Below are positions 49,220 to 58,603 of a stretch of DNA of 64,000 nucleotides, piece after piece. Origin of the DNA: a virus (lineage: Duplodnaviria > Caudoviricetes). Below the pieces are notes generated by a model, which did not search any database, had not been told where the DNA came from, and saw only the letters and a list, made by a program, of their open reading frames with translations. The stretch spans positions 2,141-66,140 of IMG/VR virus record IMGVR_UViG_3300007735_000883; one strand, written 5' to 3'. The translations under genes were made by a program, and so were the position numbers. Positions within the stretch are counted from its first letter, which is position 1. Each line of letters starts with the position of its first letter.

Positions 49220-51127
49220 ATGCGAGTAGATCTTAGATTTTTAGTAGAACAAACCGATGTTAAAAAACCGGATTGGATTCCAGATGAAACCTGGAATGGT
49301 ATGGATTCTAAAGATAAAGAAAAGATGGCTAAAACAGAAGAAACCATAGCCAATATTAAAAATCAAGATAAAAATGTAACACAAACAAGCCCTGGTTCTG
49401 ATTCTGTTAAAGACTTTTTAAATAAAGTAGACGAATGGGGAAGGCAAGCACGAGAGACCGGCCAAGAGATTGGTGATGTTCGTAATCGTGAACTCGCAAA
49501 AGATCCTAACTACGGTCAAAGAATACCAACCGCAACAGACCCCACAACCGGTAGAAGCGATACCAGCAGCACAGTTCTTGCTCCTAACACATCAGTCGTT
49601 GGTGGTCATTTAACCACTGTGGTTGGAACTCCTGAACAGTTTGCACAAGCAAAAGCGGAAACAGAAGCCCGAGCCAAAGCGCGAGCTGAGGGAAAAAATA
49701 AAGTAGAATGGGAACCTGATCCCGAGCGTCCTGGTTTACAGCGTGCAAAACTTTCGCCAGAAGAAGCTAAAGCCAGAGAAGACAGGAAAGCCGGTCAAAA
49801 GGCTGTTGAATTAGAATGGGCAAAAAGACGTCAAGAAAAATTGGCAACACGTTCAGGAAAAGTAACTCTTCCAGACGGACAAGTAATTGATATGGACGAA
49901 TTAAAGAAAGCCGATCCGTCTAACCGCGAAGTTCAACGTCAATTAGGATTATTACAGCGTCAGTGGAGCAAAGAAGATACAGCTCAACGGGAAGCAGAAG
50001 CAGAAGCAACCAGAGAAAAAAATAGAGCTGTACGCGAACGAAACATGAAGGCAACTGCTGTTCAAGCAGAAGTTGCAAAAAATCCAAAATTTGCTTTAGG
50101 TTTGGGTGGCGCATCCTCTGTTAGTCCACCAAAACGAGCACAATATTCTGATGCACAACAAACCCAACAATCTGAAACTATTCCTGTAGTTCCGGGTAGT
50201 ACTCCATACGGTGAACGTGTTGACGGTGCTGCACCAAGTTCAAGCGGAGCAAGCGGCGTGTTTGGTGGAAGACAACAACCTGCCGTACCAGCTCCAACAA
50301 GCGCAACAGGGCAGCCGTTGTCACCAAGAGGTGCACCCCCAAGCCAAATTCCTATTTCTCCGATTACAAGCCGCACACCAGAGGATAAAATACAAATTAG
50401 AGCTATGGCAAATGCTGCTAAAGCACAACCAATTTTAACCACAGGTCTTGCAAATAGGGGAATGTCTGGATTAAATTCATACGGTCAGAGCACAGACAGC
50501 ACCGGAGATGTTCGTTATAAAACTATGCGAGCAACAAAGACCGGACCTCAAGCAGTAGCAGAAACTTTTAATTTTAATCGTGGCGAATTAAAAGTTCTAC
50601 TGGAAGCACCATACGGAAGTCCGTTTGGTGGGCCGTCTGGTATGGACTGGTGGAAACAAAAAATTTCTGATATTGGTACCGCAATTAAAACAAAACAAAC
50701 TTCTACCGGTAAAACAGTAAAACGCACACCGTCTATAGCAATCCGCGACGTTTTAATGGGATTAAATCCGTTACAACTTGCCCACCCTCAAGATCGTTGG
50801 GCGTTTACTCCGTCTCAAACAGGCTACTCTAAAGCCAAAGCTGAACGAACCATACAACATATGTTATCCAGACCAGGATTAACAAATATTATTGCCACTG
50901 CCGCAGGTGCTCCAAGCCCTGAATTGGTTAGAAAAGGAATAGGATTAGCCCAGACCGCAATAGCAGGACCACTACTGACATCTAAATCTAAGGCACTTCG
51001 CCAGATAGGATCGGGAATAAATCTTGGCGGAAATATACTACAAAATATAGCCGCAAGTGCTGGTGGACCAGGTAGCGATCTAAACAGGGCTAGACTAGCC
51101 GCCAGTATTATAGGGGATGTACGCTAA
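49220..51127 (+). CDS. Hypothetical protein, putative internal head protein
   Basis: 635 aa inserted between gp21 and gp22; charged helical N-half, Pro/Ser/Gly linker, basic C-part. Confidence 0.65.
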   Translation: MRVDLRFLVEQTDVKKPDWIPDETWNGMDSKDKEKMAKTEETIANIKNQDKNVTQTSPGSDSVKDFLNKVDEWGRQARETGQEIGDVRNRELAKDPNYGQRIPTATDPTTGRSDTSSTVLAPNTSVVGGHLTTVVGTPEQFAQAKAETEARAKARAEGKNKVEWEPDPERPGLQRAKLSPEEAKAREDRKAGQKAVELEWAKRRQEKLATRSGKVTLPDGQVIDMDELKKADPSNREVQRQLGLLQRQWSKEDTAQREAEAEATREKNRAVRERNMKATAVQAEVAKNPKFALGLGGASSVSPPKRAQYSDAQQTQQSETIPVVPGSTPYGERVDGAAPSSSGASGVFGGRQQPAVPAPTSATGQPLSPRGAPPSQIPISPITSRTPEDKIQIRAMANAAKAQPILTTGLANRGMSGLNSYGQSTDSTGDVRYKTMRATKTGPQAVAETFNFNRGELKVLLEAPYGSPFGGPSGMDWWKQKISDIGTAIKTKQTSTGKTVKRTPSIAIRDVLMGLNPLQLAHPQDRWAFTPSQTGYSKAKAERTIQHMLSRPGLTNIIATAAGAPSPELVRKGIGLAQTAIAGPLLTSKSKALRQIGSGINLGGNILQNIAASAGGPGSDLNRARLAASIIGDVR

Positions 51128-51181
51128 AAACAAATATCGTAAACGTTAAATAAACCGTAATTTATTTAAAACAATAAAAAT

Positions 51182-51189
51182 TATAAATA
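51182..51189 (+). promoter_or_regulatory. T4-type late promoter TATAAATA (gp22)
   Basis: Exact consensus upstream of an AGGGG SD and gp22. Confidence 0.8.
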
Positions 51190-51211
51190 ACAATAGTATT
51201 AGGGGAATAAT

Positions 51212-52147
51212 ATGCCAGAACAAAAACAACAAATGAAATATCCTACATTAATTGATGCCAGAACCTACACCAAAGACGCCTCAGGCAAAGGTGTATTTCT
51301 AGGCACTGAACAACCCGTTCACGATCAATCAGAAAACATCAGCAAACTTGGACCAGGCGTTGCTCCTGTGGAGGCTCCTGCCCCACTAGGCAGCAAGGTT
51401 GCTGTCGCAGAAGAACTAGAAGGTCTCTTCTCTGGCGAAAACCTTAGCGAAGAGTTCAAGACTAAAGCTCTAGTAGTCTTTGAAGCTGCTCTCAACGAAA
51501 AAGTTAATCTTATTCGTGAGCAACTAATCAAAGAAAGTGCAGATCTTGTTGAGAACGAAGTTTCAAGCGCAGTTGAAGGTCTTGCTGGTCGTCTAGACGA
51601 GTACCTCAACTACGTTGTTGAAGAGTGGATGAAAGAAAACAAGCTCGCTGTTGAAGGCGGCATTCGTACCGAGATTGCTGAAAGTTTTATGAACGGCTTA
51701 AAGAATCTGTTTGAAAGCCATTACGTCGAAGTACCAGAAGCCAAGCACGATGTTCTTGAAGACCTGTTTGCTGAAAATCAACAGCTTGAAGCTGCTCTAA
51801 ACGAACAACTTCAAGAAAATATAGCTTTCAAACAAGAGATTGTTAAAGGTCAAGCTCGTGCTGTTTTCTTAGAAACCACCAGCGATATGACTAGTGTAGA
51901 CGCCGAGCGTCTTGCTTCTCTGGCTGAAAGTATTGAATTCAGTAACGCTGAAGAATTCAAAAACAAAGTTTTAATTCTCAAAGAAAACTACCTTAAAGCA
52001 GCACCAGTTGTTGCCAAGGAAACCGAAATTGCTACTACCGGCACACTAAACGAATCTGCTGGTATTAGCAACGATCTTGTAACAGACAGTGCTGGACCAA
52101 TGTCTGTGTACATGAACACACTGTCTCGTCAAATGAAAAAAATCTAA
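51212..52147 (+). CDS. gp22: Prohead scaffold protein gp22
   Basis: LF.GE.LSEEFK.KA..VFEAA, D.YL.YVVEEW..EN..A.E.GIR.EIAESF..GLK.LF..HY..VPE, M..Y..TL. Confidence 0.95.
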   Translation: MPEQKQQMKYPTLIDARTYTKDASGKGVFLGTEQPVHDQSENISKLGPGVAPVEAPAPLGSKVAVAEELEGLFSGENLSEEFKTKALVVFEAALNEKVNLIREQLIKESADLVENEVSSAVEGLAGRLDEYLNYVVEEWMKENKLAVEGGIRTEIAESFMNGLKNLFESHYVEVPEAKHDVLEDLFAENQQLEAALNEQLQENIAFKQEIVKGQARAVFLETTSDMTSVDAERLASLAESIEFSNAEEFKNKVLILKENYLKAAPVVAKETEIATTGTLNESAGISNDLVTDSAGPMSVYMNTLSRQMKKI

Positions 52148-52149
52148 AG

Positions 52150-52157
52150 TCTAAATA
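52150..52157 (+). promoter_or_regulatory. Late promoter variant TCTAAATA (gp23)
   Basis: TAAATA core upstream of an AAGGAG SD. Confidence 0.5.
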
Positions 52158-52181
52158 TATTTAACTCAAGGAGAAACTAAC

Positions 52182-53678
52182 ATGTCAATGGACTTTTCAC
52201 AAAGCACACCCTACGATACCCTCGTAGAAAAATGGAATCCTCTACTAAATCACGAGGCCCTTCCTGAGATTGGTGACTCGTATCGTAAGAAGGTTACTTC
52301 AGTTCTACTAGAAAACCAAGAACGTGCCCTCAAGGAGCAATACCTTGCTGAGTACGGCAACCAAATGGCCGGTAATTTTAGCGTTACCAACGTAAGCCCC
52401 GGCATCGGTGGCGGCGGTAATCTTGCTGGTTATGACCCCATCCTCATCAGCCTAGTTCGTCGTGCAATGCCTAACCTCATGGCTTACGATCTAGCTGGCG
52501 TTCAACCCATGACTGCACCAACCGGCCTAATCTTTGCCATGCGTAGCCGCTACGGCAGAAATGACAGTCAAGGTCTTCTAACCGGTGGCCGCTTCGGTGA
52601 CGCAGTCGGTAACGGTCGTGAAGCTCTGTTCCAAGAGCCTTACTCAGTATTTGGTGGTTCGGGTGGTACTGCTGCTGGTGCTGCATTCTCGGCAACCGGT
52701 GGCGTAGCTCCAATCGCTCCAACAGGTTGGACCCTAAGCGGTGGCGTAGGTAATCTTGGTGGTGGCGATGCTAAGAACAACTCTGCTGCATCTTTCAACG
52801 ATTTCCGTGCAATGCTTACCAACACTGGCGAGCAACTTGGCAACAGCCGTGCATTCGGTGAAATGTCGTTCAGCATTGAGCGTGTAGCTGTAGAAGCTAA
52901 AACTCGCGCTCTAAAGGCTGAGTACACCACTGAGCTAGCCCAAGACCTCAAGGCTGTACACGGACTTGACGCTGAGAGCGAACTTGCTAACATCCTTAGC
53001 ACCGAAATTCTCAACGAAATTAACCGTGAACTGATCACCACCATTTACCGTGTTGCTAAGGTTGGTTGCCAACAAGGCGATCTCAGTGCAATGACCAACG
53101 GTTTCAACTACGGTGGCGTATACGATCTCAACACCGACTCTGACGGTCGTTGGAGTGCAGAGCGTTTCCGTGGCCTCATGTTCCAAATTGAACGTGAAGC
53201 TAACGTAATCGCCAAGGAAACTCGTCGTGGTAAGGGCAACTTCATTGTCTGCAGCAGCGACGTTGCTTCAGCTCTCGCCATGGGTGGTTTCCTCAACCTG
53301 ACCCCAGCCCTACAACCTCAACTAGAGGTCGATGACACCGGCAACACCTTTGCTGGTATCCTCAACGGCAAGTTCAAGGTCTATATTGATCCATACGCTC
53401 AATTAGGCGTTAACTTTGTTACCGTAGGTTATCGCGGAGCCAGCCCATACGATGCTGGTCTCTTCTACTGCCCATACGTTCCTCTACAAATGGTACGTGC
53501 AGTCGGTGAGAACACTTTCCAACCCAAGATCGGATTCAAGACCCGCTACGGCATGGTCGCCAATCCGTTCTCGGAGAGCATGGATCTTCTCACTGCTGGT
53601 AGTGCTACCGCTGGTAACGTGTACTACCGCATCTTCCGTGTAGACAACCTCCACGGTAACACCGGTTTCGGTCTCTGA
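52182..53678 (+). CDS. gp23: Major capsid protein gp23
   Basis: L.EKW.P.L, LLENQE, DP.LISLVRR.MP.L.A.D..GVQPM..PTGLIFAMR, RALKAEY..ELAQDLKA.HGLDAE.EL, YCPYVPL, FQPKIGFKTRYG. Confidence 0.99.
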   Translation: MSMDFSQSTPYDTLVEKWNPLLNHEALPEIGDSYRKKVTSVLLENQERALKEQYLAEYGNQMAGNFSVTNVSPGIGGGGNLAGYDPILISLVRRAMPNLMAYDLAGVQPMTAPTGLIFAMRSRYGRNDSQGLLTGGRFGDAVGNGREALFQEPYSVFGGSGGTAAGAAFSATGGVAPIAPTGWTLSGGVGNLGGGDAKNNSAASFNDFRAMLTNTGEQLGNSRAFGEMSFSIERVAVEAKTRALKAEYTTELAQDLKAVHGLDAESELANILSTEILNEINRELITTIYRVAKVGCQQGDLSAMTNGFNYGGVYDLNTDSDGRWSAERFRGLMFQIEREANVIAKETRRGKGNFIVCSSDVASALAMGGFLNLTPALQPQLEVDDTGNTFAGILNGKFKVYIDPYAQLGVNFVTVGYRGASPYDAGLFYCPYVPLQMVRAVGENTFQPKIGFKTRYGMVANPFSESMDLLTAGSATAGNVYYRIFRVDNLHGNTGFGL

Positions 53679-53704
53679 TCTAAACCGTAACTAAAACTAA
53701 CGTC

Positions 53705-53734
53705 AAGGGCTCCCCCTAAAAAGGGAGCCCTTTT
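53705..53734 (+). terminator. Rho-independent terminator after gp23
   Basis: AAGGGCTCCC-CCTAAAAA-GGGAGCCCTT then TT. Confidence 0.88.
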
Positions 53735-53740
53735 CGTTTA

Positions 53741-53748
53741 CATAAATA
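53741..53748 (+). promoter_or_regulatory. Late promoter variant CATAAATA (gp3)
   Basis: Just after the gp23 terminator, 5 nt before the gp3 ATG. Confidence 0.65.
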
Positions 53749-53753
53749 ATAGT

Positions 53754-54275
53754 ATGTCAGGATTTACAGGTTCACATAATCCGTTATTAGCAAACTATTT
53801 TGAATTTACACTTAACCGTGTTTCTAATTTATCGTATTTTTGCCAAACAGTAAATCTTCCAGGAATTGTTACAGGAGTGGAACAGCAACCTACAACTTTT
53901 GGTTTGCCTGTGCAAATTCCTATAGGTAATTTTAGATTTGAAAATTTACAAATAACATTTAAAGTAGATGAAGACTTAAAAAACTGGTTAGAAATATGGA
54001 ACTGGTTGAAAGGAATTGGTAATTTGGATCAGTCGTGTTCCTCAGACGTATTGCCGTATTCGCCTGGTGGATCTGGTCTAGGAAAAACTACATCTAACGG
54101 AGCATTATTGCTAACCAATAGTTCATTTAAACCAAAATTTAGAATTAATTTTAAAAATTTATTTCCTGTATCAATATCCGGTCTTTTGTTTAGTTCTACA
54201 CTACCAGAATCGTCAGAAGTAGTTGCTACAGCAGAATTTGCATTTACAGGATATAGCGTAGAAAGAGTTGTTTAA
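53754..54275 (+). CDS. gp3: Tail tube terminator gp3
   Basis: N.L....F.F...R.....YFCQ..N.PGI, F..L.I.F.VDEDL.NW.EI..W, F..LFP.S.SGL.F, A.A.F....Y. Confidence 0.9.
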   Translation: MSGFTGSHNPLLANYFEFTLNRVSNLSYFCQTVNLPGIVTGVEQQPTTFGLPVQIPIGNFRFENLQITFKVDEDLKNWLEIWNWLKGIGNLDQSCSSDVLPYSPGGSGLGKTTSNGALLLTNSSFKPKFRINFKNLFPVSISGLLFSSTLPESSEVVATAEFAFTGYSVERVV

Positions 54276-54312
54276 TATTTGTTTTGACTCTTATTTTGAT
54301 GTATAATACAAT

Positions 54313-54747
54313 ATGAATTTTGATGAATTAAAAACAATGATTGCCAAAGATTTAAAGATCGATGAGACCGCTCTAGATCGTGAATCCGCAAACACGCCCC
54401 AACTCCACAACAAGTATCTCATCATGTATATGGACGAGAAGTTGCGTTTAAAGAAACTAAAATTGGAACAGTCTGGATTACGTCGTAACAAGTGGCTGTA
54501 TTATACGGGGCGTCTTAGCAAAGAAGAATTAGAACAGTTTGGCTGGGAACCGTTTGAACTAAACGTGTTAAAGACCGAAGCAGACATTTTGATTGAATCT
54601 GATCCAGAGTGGTTAAAGTTAGAAGAACGTATCGGATTTCAAACTGAAAAAGTAGAGTATCTGGAAAGTATAGTAAAAGTTATCAACAATCGCCAGTGGC
54701 AGATACGCTCCATGATAGACTGGCTTAAATTTACCCAAGGGGTTTAA
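54313..54747 (+). CDS. uvsY: Recombination mediator UvsY
   Basis: D..ID...L..ES...P.LH.KYL, K..YY.G, PF...VLK.....I..D, I..R..QI...I.W.KF..G. Confidence 0.92.
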   Translation: MNFDELKTMIAKDLKIDETALDRESANTPQLHNKYLIMYMDEKLRLKKLKLEQSGLRRNKWLYYTGRLSKEELEQFGWEPFELNVLKTEADILIESDPEWLKLEERIGFQTEKVEYLESIVKVINNRQWQIRSMIDWLKFTQGV

Positions 54748-56273
54748 TGGTAGATATCAAGATCACACAAACCGATTCTGTAAACGTCAAGGTAGAGTGT
54801 GATCGTTCTCTGGCTAGGGAGCTAAACGGATATTTTACGTTTACTGTTCCTAACTTTCAATACACTCCTGCGTTTAAAAAAAGATTATGGGACGGTAAAA
54901 TTCGTTTATTTAATTTGTACACTCAGACCATTTTTGCTGGTCTAGTCGATCTGGTGGTAAAATTTGCCAAAGATCGTGGGTACACGTGGGAGCAAGAACT
55001 GCTACCGTACACCTCTCCTACTCCAAACGAAGTTAAAGGGTTTATAGACGGCCTGAGCATTACCGCAGGGGGCAAAGACGTGCGCCCATACGATTATCAG
55101 GTACAGGCCGTCCAACACGCCCTGAGCCATTCTAGGGCCCTTCTGGTGTCTCCTACGGGCTCTGGTAAGTCGCTAATGATCTACCTGCTGTGTCGCTGGA
55201 TACTGGACCACCACTCAACTGGAAAAATACTAATTGTGGTGCCTACCACCAGTCTGGTAGCCCAGATGTTGGCTGATTTTCGAGAATACTCCAAGCGCGA
55301 CTCGTGGAAAGCAGACCGTAATATTCACACCGTAATGTCCGGTAAAGACAAAACATCCACCAAACGTATAATTATTTCCACTTGGCAAAGTATTTACAAC
55401 CAGCCGTACGAGTACTTTGACGACTTTATAGGAGTGTTTGGTGATGAGTGTCACTTGTTTAAGGCTAAGTCCTTAACATCAATCATGAGCAAAGCCAAGA
55501 AGACCGTGTACCGGATTGGTACAACCGGAACACTAGACGGCACACAAACACACAAACTGGTTATTGAAGGCTTGTTTGGTCAAACGTATCACACCACAAC
55601 CACTAAAAAATTAATTGATCAAGACCTGTTATCGCAGATTAATATTGATTGTTTACAGCTTCAGTACTCACCTGAAGACATTCAAACCACCAAAAAAATG
55701 ATGTACGTGGACGAGATACGCTGGGTTGTTAGCAATCCACGACGTAATCAGTTTATTAAAAACTTGTGCAATAAATTGCAAGGCAACACTTTAGTGTTGT
55801 TTAACTTTGTAGAACTACAAGGCAAACCGCTGTACGAACTAATACAAGCGTCATCACAAAAACCGGTGTACTTTATTCACGGAGCCACCGAAGTGGAAGA
55901 GCGTGAACAGATTCGTAAAGTTATGGATAAAGGATCGGACGCAATTCTTATTGCGTCGTACGGCACATGTTCAACAGGCATAAATATAAGAAACATACAC
56001 AACATTGTGTTTGCCTCTCCGTCCAAATCAGTCATTCGTGTACTACAATCTATCGGAAGAGGTTTACGTAAAAGCGACACAAAAGTTCAGATGAAACTGA
56101 TTGATATTGCGGACGATCTTCGTTACAAGAGCTACACCAATCACGGTATGAATCACTTACGCGAACGATTAAAAATATATACTAATGAAGGATTTCCTTA
56201 CAAATTAATTTCTGTTCAGTTACCAAAGGAGACACATGAAACATTACAAGATCATAAAACTCAAATCGGGTGA
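54747..56273 (+). CDS. uvsW: SF2 helicase UvsW
   Basis: WDGKIRL, YQ, SPTGSGKS, VPTTSLV.Q, DECH, STGINI, QSIGRGLR. Confidence 0.97.
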   Translation: MVDIKITQTDSVNVKVECDRSLARELNGYFTFTVPNFQYTPAFKKRLWDGKIRLFNLYTQTIFAGLVDLVVKFAKDRGYTWEQELLPYTSPTPNEVKGFIDGLSITAGGKDVRPYDYQVQAVQHALSHSRALLVSPTGSGKSLMIYLLCRWILDHHSTGKILIVVPTTSLVAQMLADFREYSKRDSWKADRNIHTVMSGKDKTSTKRIIISTWQSIYNQPYEYFDDFIGVFGDECHLFKAKSLTSIMSKAKKTVYRIGTTGTLDGTQTHKLVIEGLFGQTYHTTTTKKLIDQDLLSQINIDCLQLQYSPEDIQTTKKMMYVDEIRWVVSNPRRNQFIKNLCNKLQGNTLVLFNFVELQGKPLYELIQASSQKPVYFIHGATEVEEREQIRKVMDKGSDAILIASYGTCSTGINIRNIHNIVFASPSKSVIRVLQSIGRGLRKSDTKVQMKLIDIADDLRYKSYTNHGMNHLRERLKIYTNEGFPYKLISVQLPKETHETLQDHKTQIG

Positions 56274-56919
56274 AGATATTATTGGTACGGTAAGAACAAG
56301 TAAAGACGGAAACGTTAAAGTGTATCGTCCTATGATCTTTAAATCTATAGTTCAATCTGATCTATTTGGTAACATGAAAGAACTGTTTATGTTAAAAAAC
56401 TGGTTAATGTTGTCTGACGACAAATTAGCAATAATTTCTAAAGACGCTATTAATACTATTATTAATGCTTCTGTGGACGCGTCTACTTTATATGAAGCAG
56501 AAAAAAATAAACAAAACGAACCCAAACAAAAAGCAAAAAAACCTAATCCTATGGAGCTACCAGAAGCTCAAGCAGGATTAGATCCTTTTGACATAATAGA
56601 CAAACATATACAAGAGTTACTCGAAAAGAGTGATAAAATGTACGAACAAGATTCTAATGTAAAAGATCTTGCAAAACGCAAACCAGATGATAAAATGGTG
56701 TTTATGAACATGATCTTTTCACCAGAAGTTTTAGTTGAACTGCTCCGTAGCGGTATTTTAGACCGTAAAGAGTTTGGTGAAATGATCAATCAAATTACTA
56801 ATGGTAATGGTGAGGGTATGAATCCCGGTAAGTTTACCGGAAATAAGAAAGATAAAAAGAATTTTGGTAATGATTGGACAGATTGGAATCCCGATCCGTC
56901 ATCTGATGATTACAAATAA
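56236..56919 (+). CDS. Conserved hypothetical protein (Sm-like N-terminus) between uvsW and gp55
   Basis: IKLKSGEDII N-terminal motif and position shared by many T4-like phages. Confidence 0.7.
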   Translation: MKHYKIIKLKSGEDIIGTVRTSKDGNVKVYRPMIFKSIVQSDLFGNMKELFMLKNWLMLSDDKLAIISKDAINTIINASVDASTLYEAEKNKQNEPKQKAKKPNPMELPEAQAGLDPFDIIDKHIQELLEKSDKMYEQDSNVKDLAKRKPDDKMVFMNMIFSPEVLVELLRSGILDRKEFGEMINQITNGNGEGMNPGKFTGNKKDKKNFGNDWTDWNPDPSSDDYK

Positions 56920-56969
56920 CTAATACTCTTTTTTACTCAGACAATATATTATAGCAGGAATTTTACATC

Positions 56970-57569
56970 ATGTCAAGTGAAAAATCTAAAAAATCTAAAA
57001 AAGAAGAACCAAACTTAAAAATAATAAAACAAACTAAAAAAGCATCTAAAAAAGTAAACGACGAACATTACGTCGATAACAAACAATTTTTAGATGAAAT
57101 GATTAAATGGAAAAAAGAAATACGTGAAGCAGAAGAAAGCGGTGACGACCGGCCACCAGTATCGGATTTTATAGGACAATGTTTTTTAAAGATAGCTGAA
57201 AGGCTGTGTTCTAAATCTAATTTTACAAAGTATTCATATAAAGATGAAATGATAGGCGATGCAATTGAAAATTGTTTAATGTACGCTCATAATTTTAATC
57301 CCCGAAAATCCAAAAATCCATTTTCTTATTTTACTCAAATAATTTATTATGCGTTTTTACGCCGAATAGAAAAAGAGAAAAAACAAGCTTATGTTAAATT
57401 TAAGTTGACAGAAGAGATGGATGATGGTACACTACATAAGTGGTTTAAAGAAAACTATTTTGAAAAAGATAATGAACGAGAAGCATTGGGTGAACTATTT
57501 CAAATATCAGAAAATGATATAAAGAAATACGAACCTAAGAAACGCAAAAAGCGCCGTAAGAAAATATGA
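56970..57569 (+). CDS. gp55: Late transcription sigma factor gp55
   Basis: HYVDNK.F, IG.CF.KIA..L....NF..Y.Y..EMI.D.IENC..Y..NFNP.KS.NPF.YFTQI.YYAFLRRI.KEKKQ. Confidence 0.97.
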   Translation: MSSEKSKKSKKEEPNLKIIKQTKKASKKVNDEHYVDNKQFLDEMIKWKKEIREAEESGDDRPPVSDFIGQCFLKIAERLCSKSNFTKYSYKDEMIGDAIENCLMYAHNFNPRKSKNPFSYFTQIIYYAFLRRIEKEKKQAYVKFKLTEEMDDGTLHKWFKENYFEKDNEREALGELFQISENDIKKYEPKKRKKRRKKI

Positions 57570-58603
57570 AAATTGCAGTTATTAGTGATACCCATTTTGG
57601 GGCACGAGGTGATTCTCCGCTGTTTTTGAATCATTTCTTGAAGTTTTTTGAAGATCAGTTTTTTCCGTACCTCAAAGAGCACGGAATTACAAAAGTTCTT
57701 CATCTAGGCGATTTATTTGACCGCAGAAAATTTGTAAACTTCAATACTCTTCACCACACCAAGAAACGATTTATTGATTGGTTTGATGCTAATAGAGTAG
57801 AACTTCACTGTATTCTTGGGAATCATGATGTGTTTTACAAAAACACAAACCGGTTAAACTCACCCAAAGAAGTACTAGCAGAATGCCATACCTCATTTCA
57901 CTTATATGAGGACGTTCAAGAAGTGTGTTTTAACGGTGCAACTATTCTGATGGTTCCGTGGATCAACGAAGAAAACAAAGACCGCTTCATGCAAAAGATC
58001 AAGGACACCAAGGCAACCATACTAGCAGGCCATCTAGAACTAAGTGGTTACGAAGTTATGCCCGGTGTGAAGTTTGGTGAAGGCATGGACGACAAGTTCC
58101 TAGAGAAGTTTGATCTGGTGCTGTCTGGTCACTTCCACAAGAAGAGTTCCAAGGGAAACGTGCATTATCTGGGCACACAATACCAGATGACCAGTATTGA
58201 TACCAACGAGATCAAGGGATTTCATGTGCTGGATACAGAGACCCGTGATCTTCAGTTTATTCCCAATCCCATGAAGATGTTCCATAATGTGGAATGGCGA
58301 AACGGAACCCTAATTCAAGACTTTGATCCGTCTCGTTACAAGGGAACGTATGTAAAGGTGCTGGTGTACGAGAAGAAAAGTGAAACTAAGTTTGATCAGT
58401 TTATCGACAGCCTGTACGCTGCTGAACCAGCAAACGTTAGTATTATTGAAGATCTCACGGATCGTACCAAAGAAGAGGGCGAACTGGATATATCCGAAGA
58501 TACTCTGAGTCTTATCAATAAAGAAATTGACGGTATGGAAGCAGACAACAAGGAAGAGCTAAAGAATATTGTGCGTGAAATTTACATGGAGAGTTTAGAG
58601 TGA
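57566..58603 (+). CDS. gp47: Recombination nuclease gp47 (Mre11/SbcD-like)
   Basis: SDTHFG, HLGDLFDRR, GNHD, GHLE, SGHFH. Confidence 0.96.
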   Translation: MKIAVISDTHFGARGDSPLFLNHFLKFFEDQFFPYLKEHGITKVLHLGDLFDRRKFVNFNTLHHTKKRFIDWFDANRVELHCILGNHDVFYKNTNRLNSPKEVLAECHTSFHLYEDVQEVCFNGATILMVPWINEENKDRFMQKIKDTKATILAGHLELSGYEVMPGVKFGEGMDDKFLEKFDLVLSGHFHKKSSKGNVHYLGTQYQMTSIDTNEIKGFHVLDTETRDLQFIPNPMKMFHNVEWRNGTLIQDFDPSRYKGTYVKVLVYEKKSETKFDQFIDSLYAAEPANVSIIEDLTDRTKEEGELDISEDTLSLINKEIDGMEADNKEELKNIVREIYMESLE

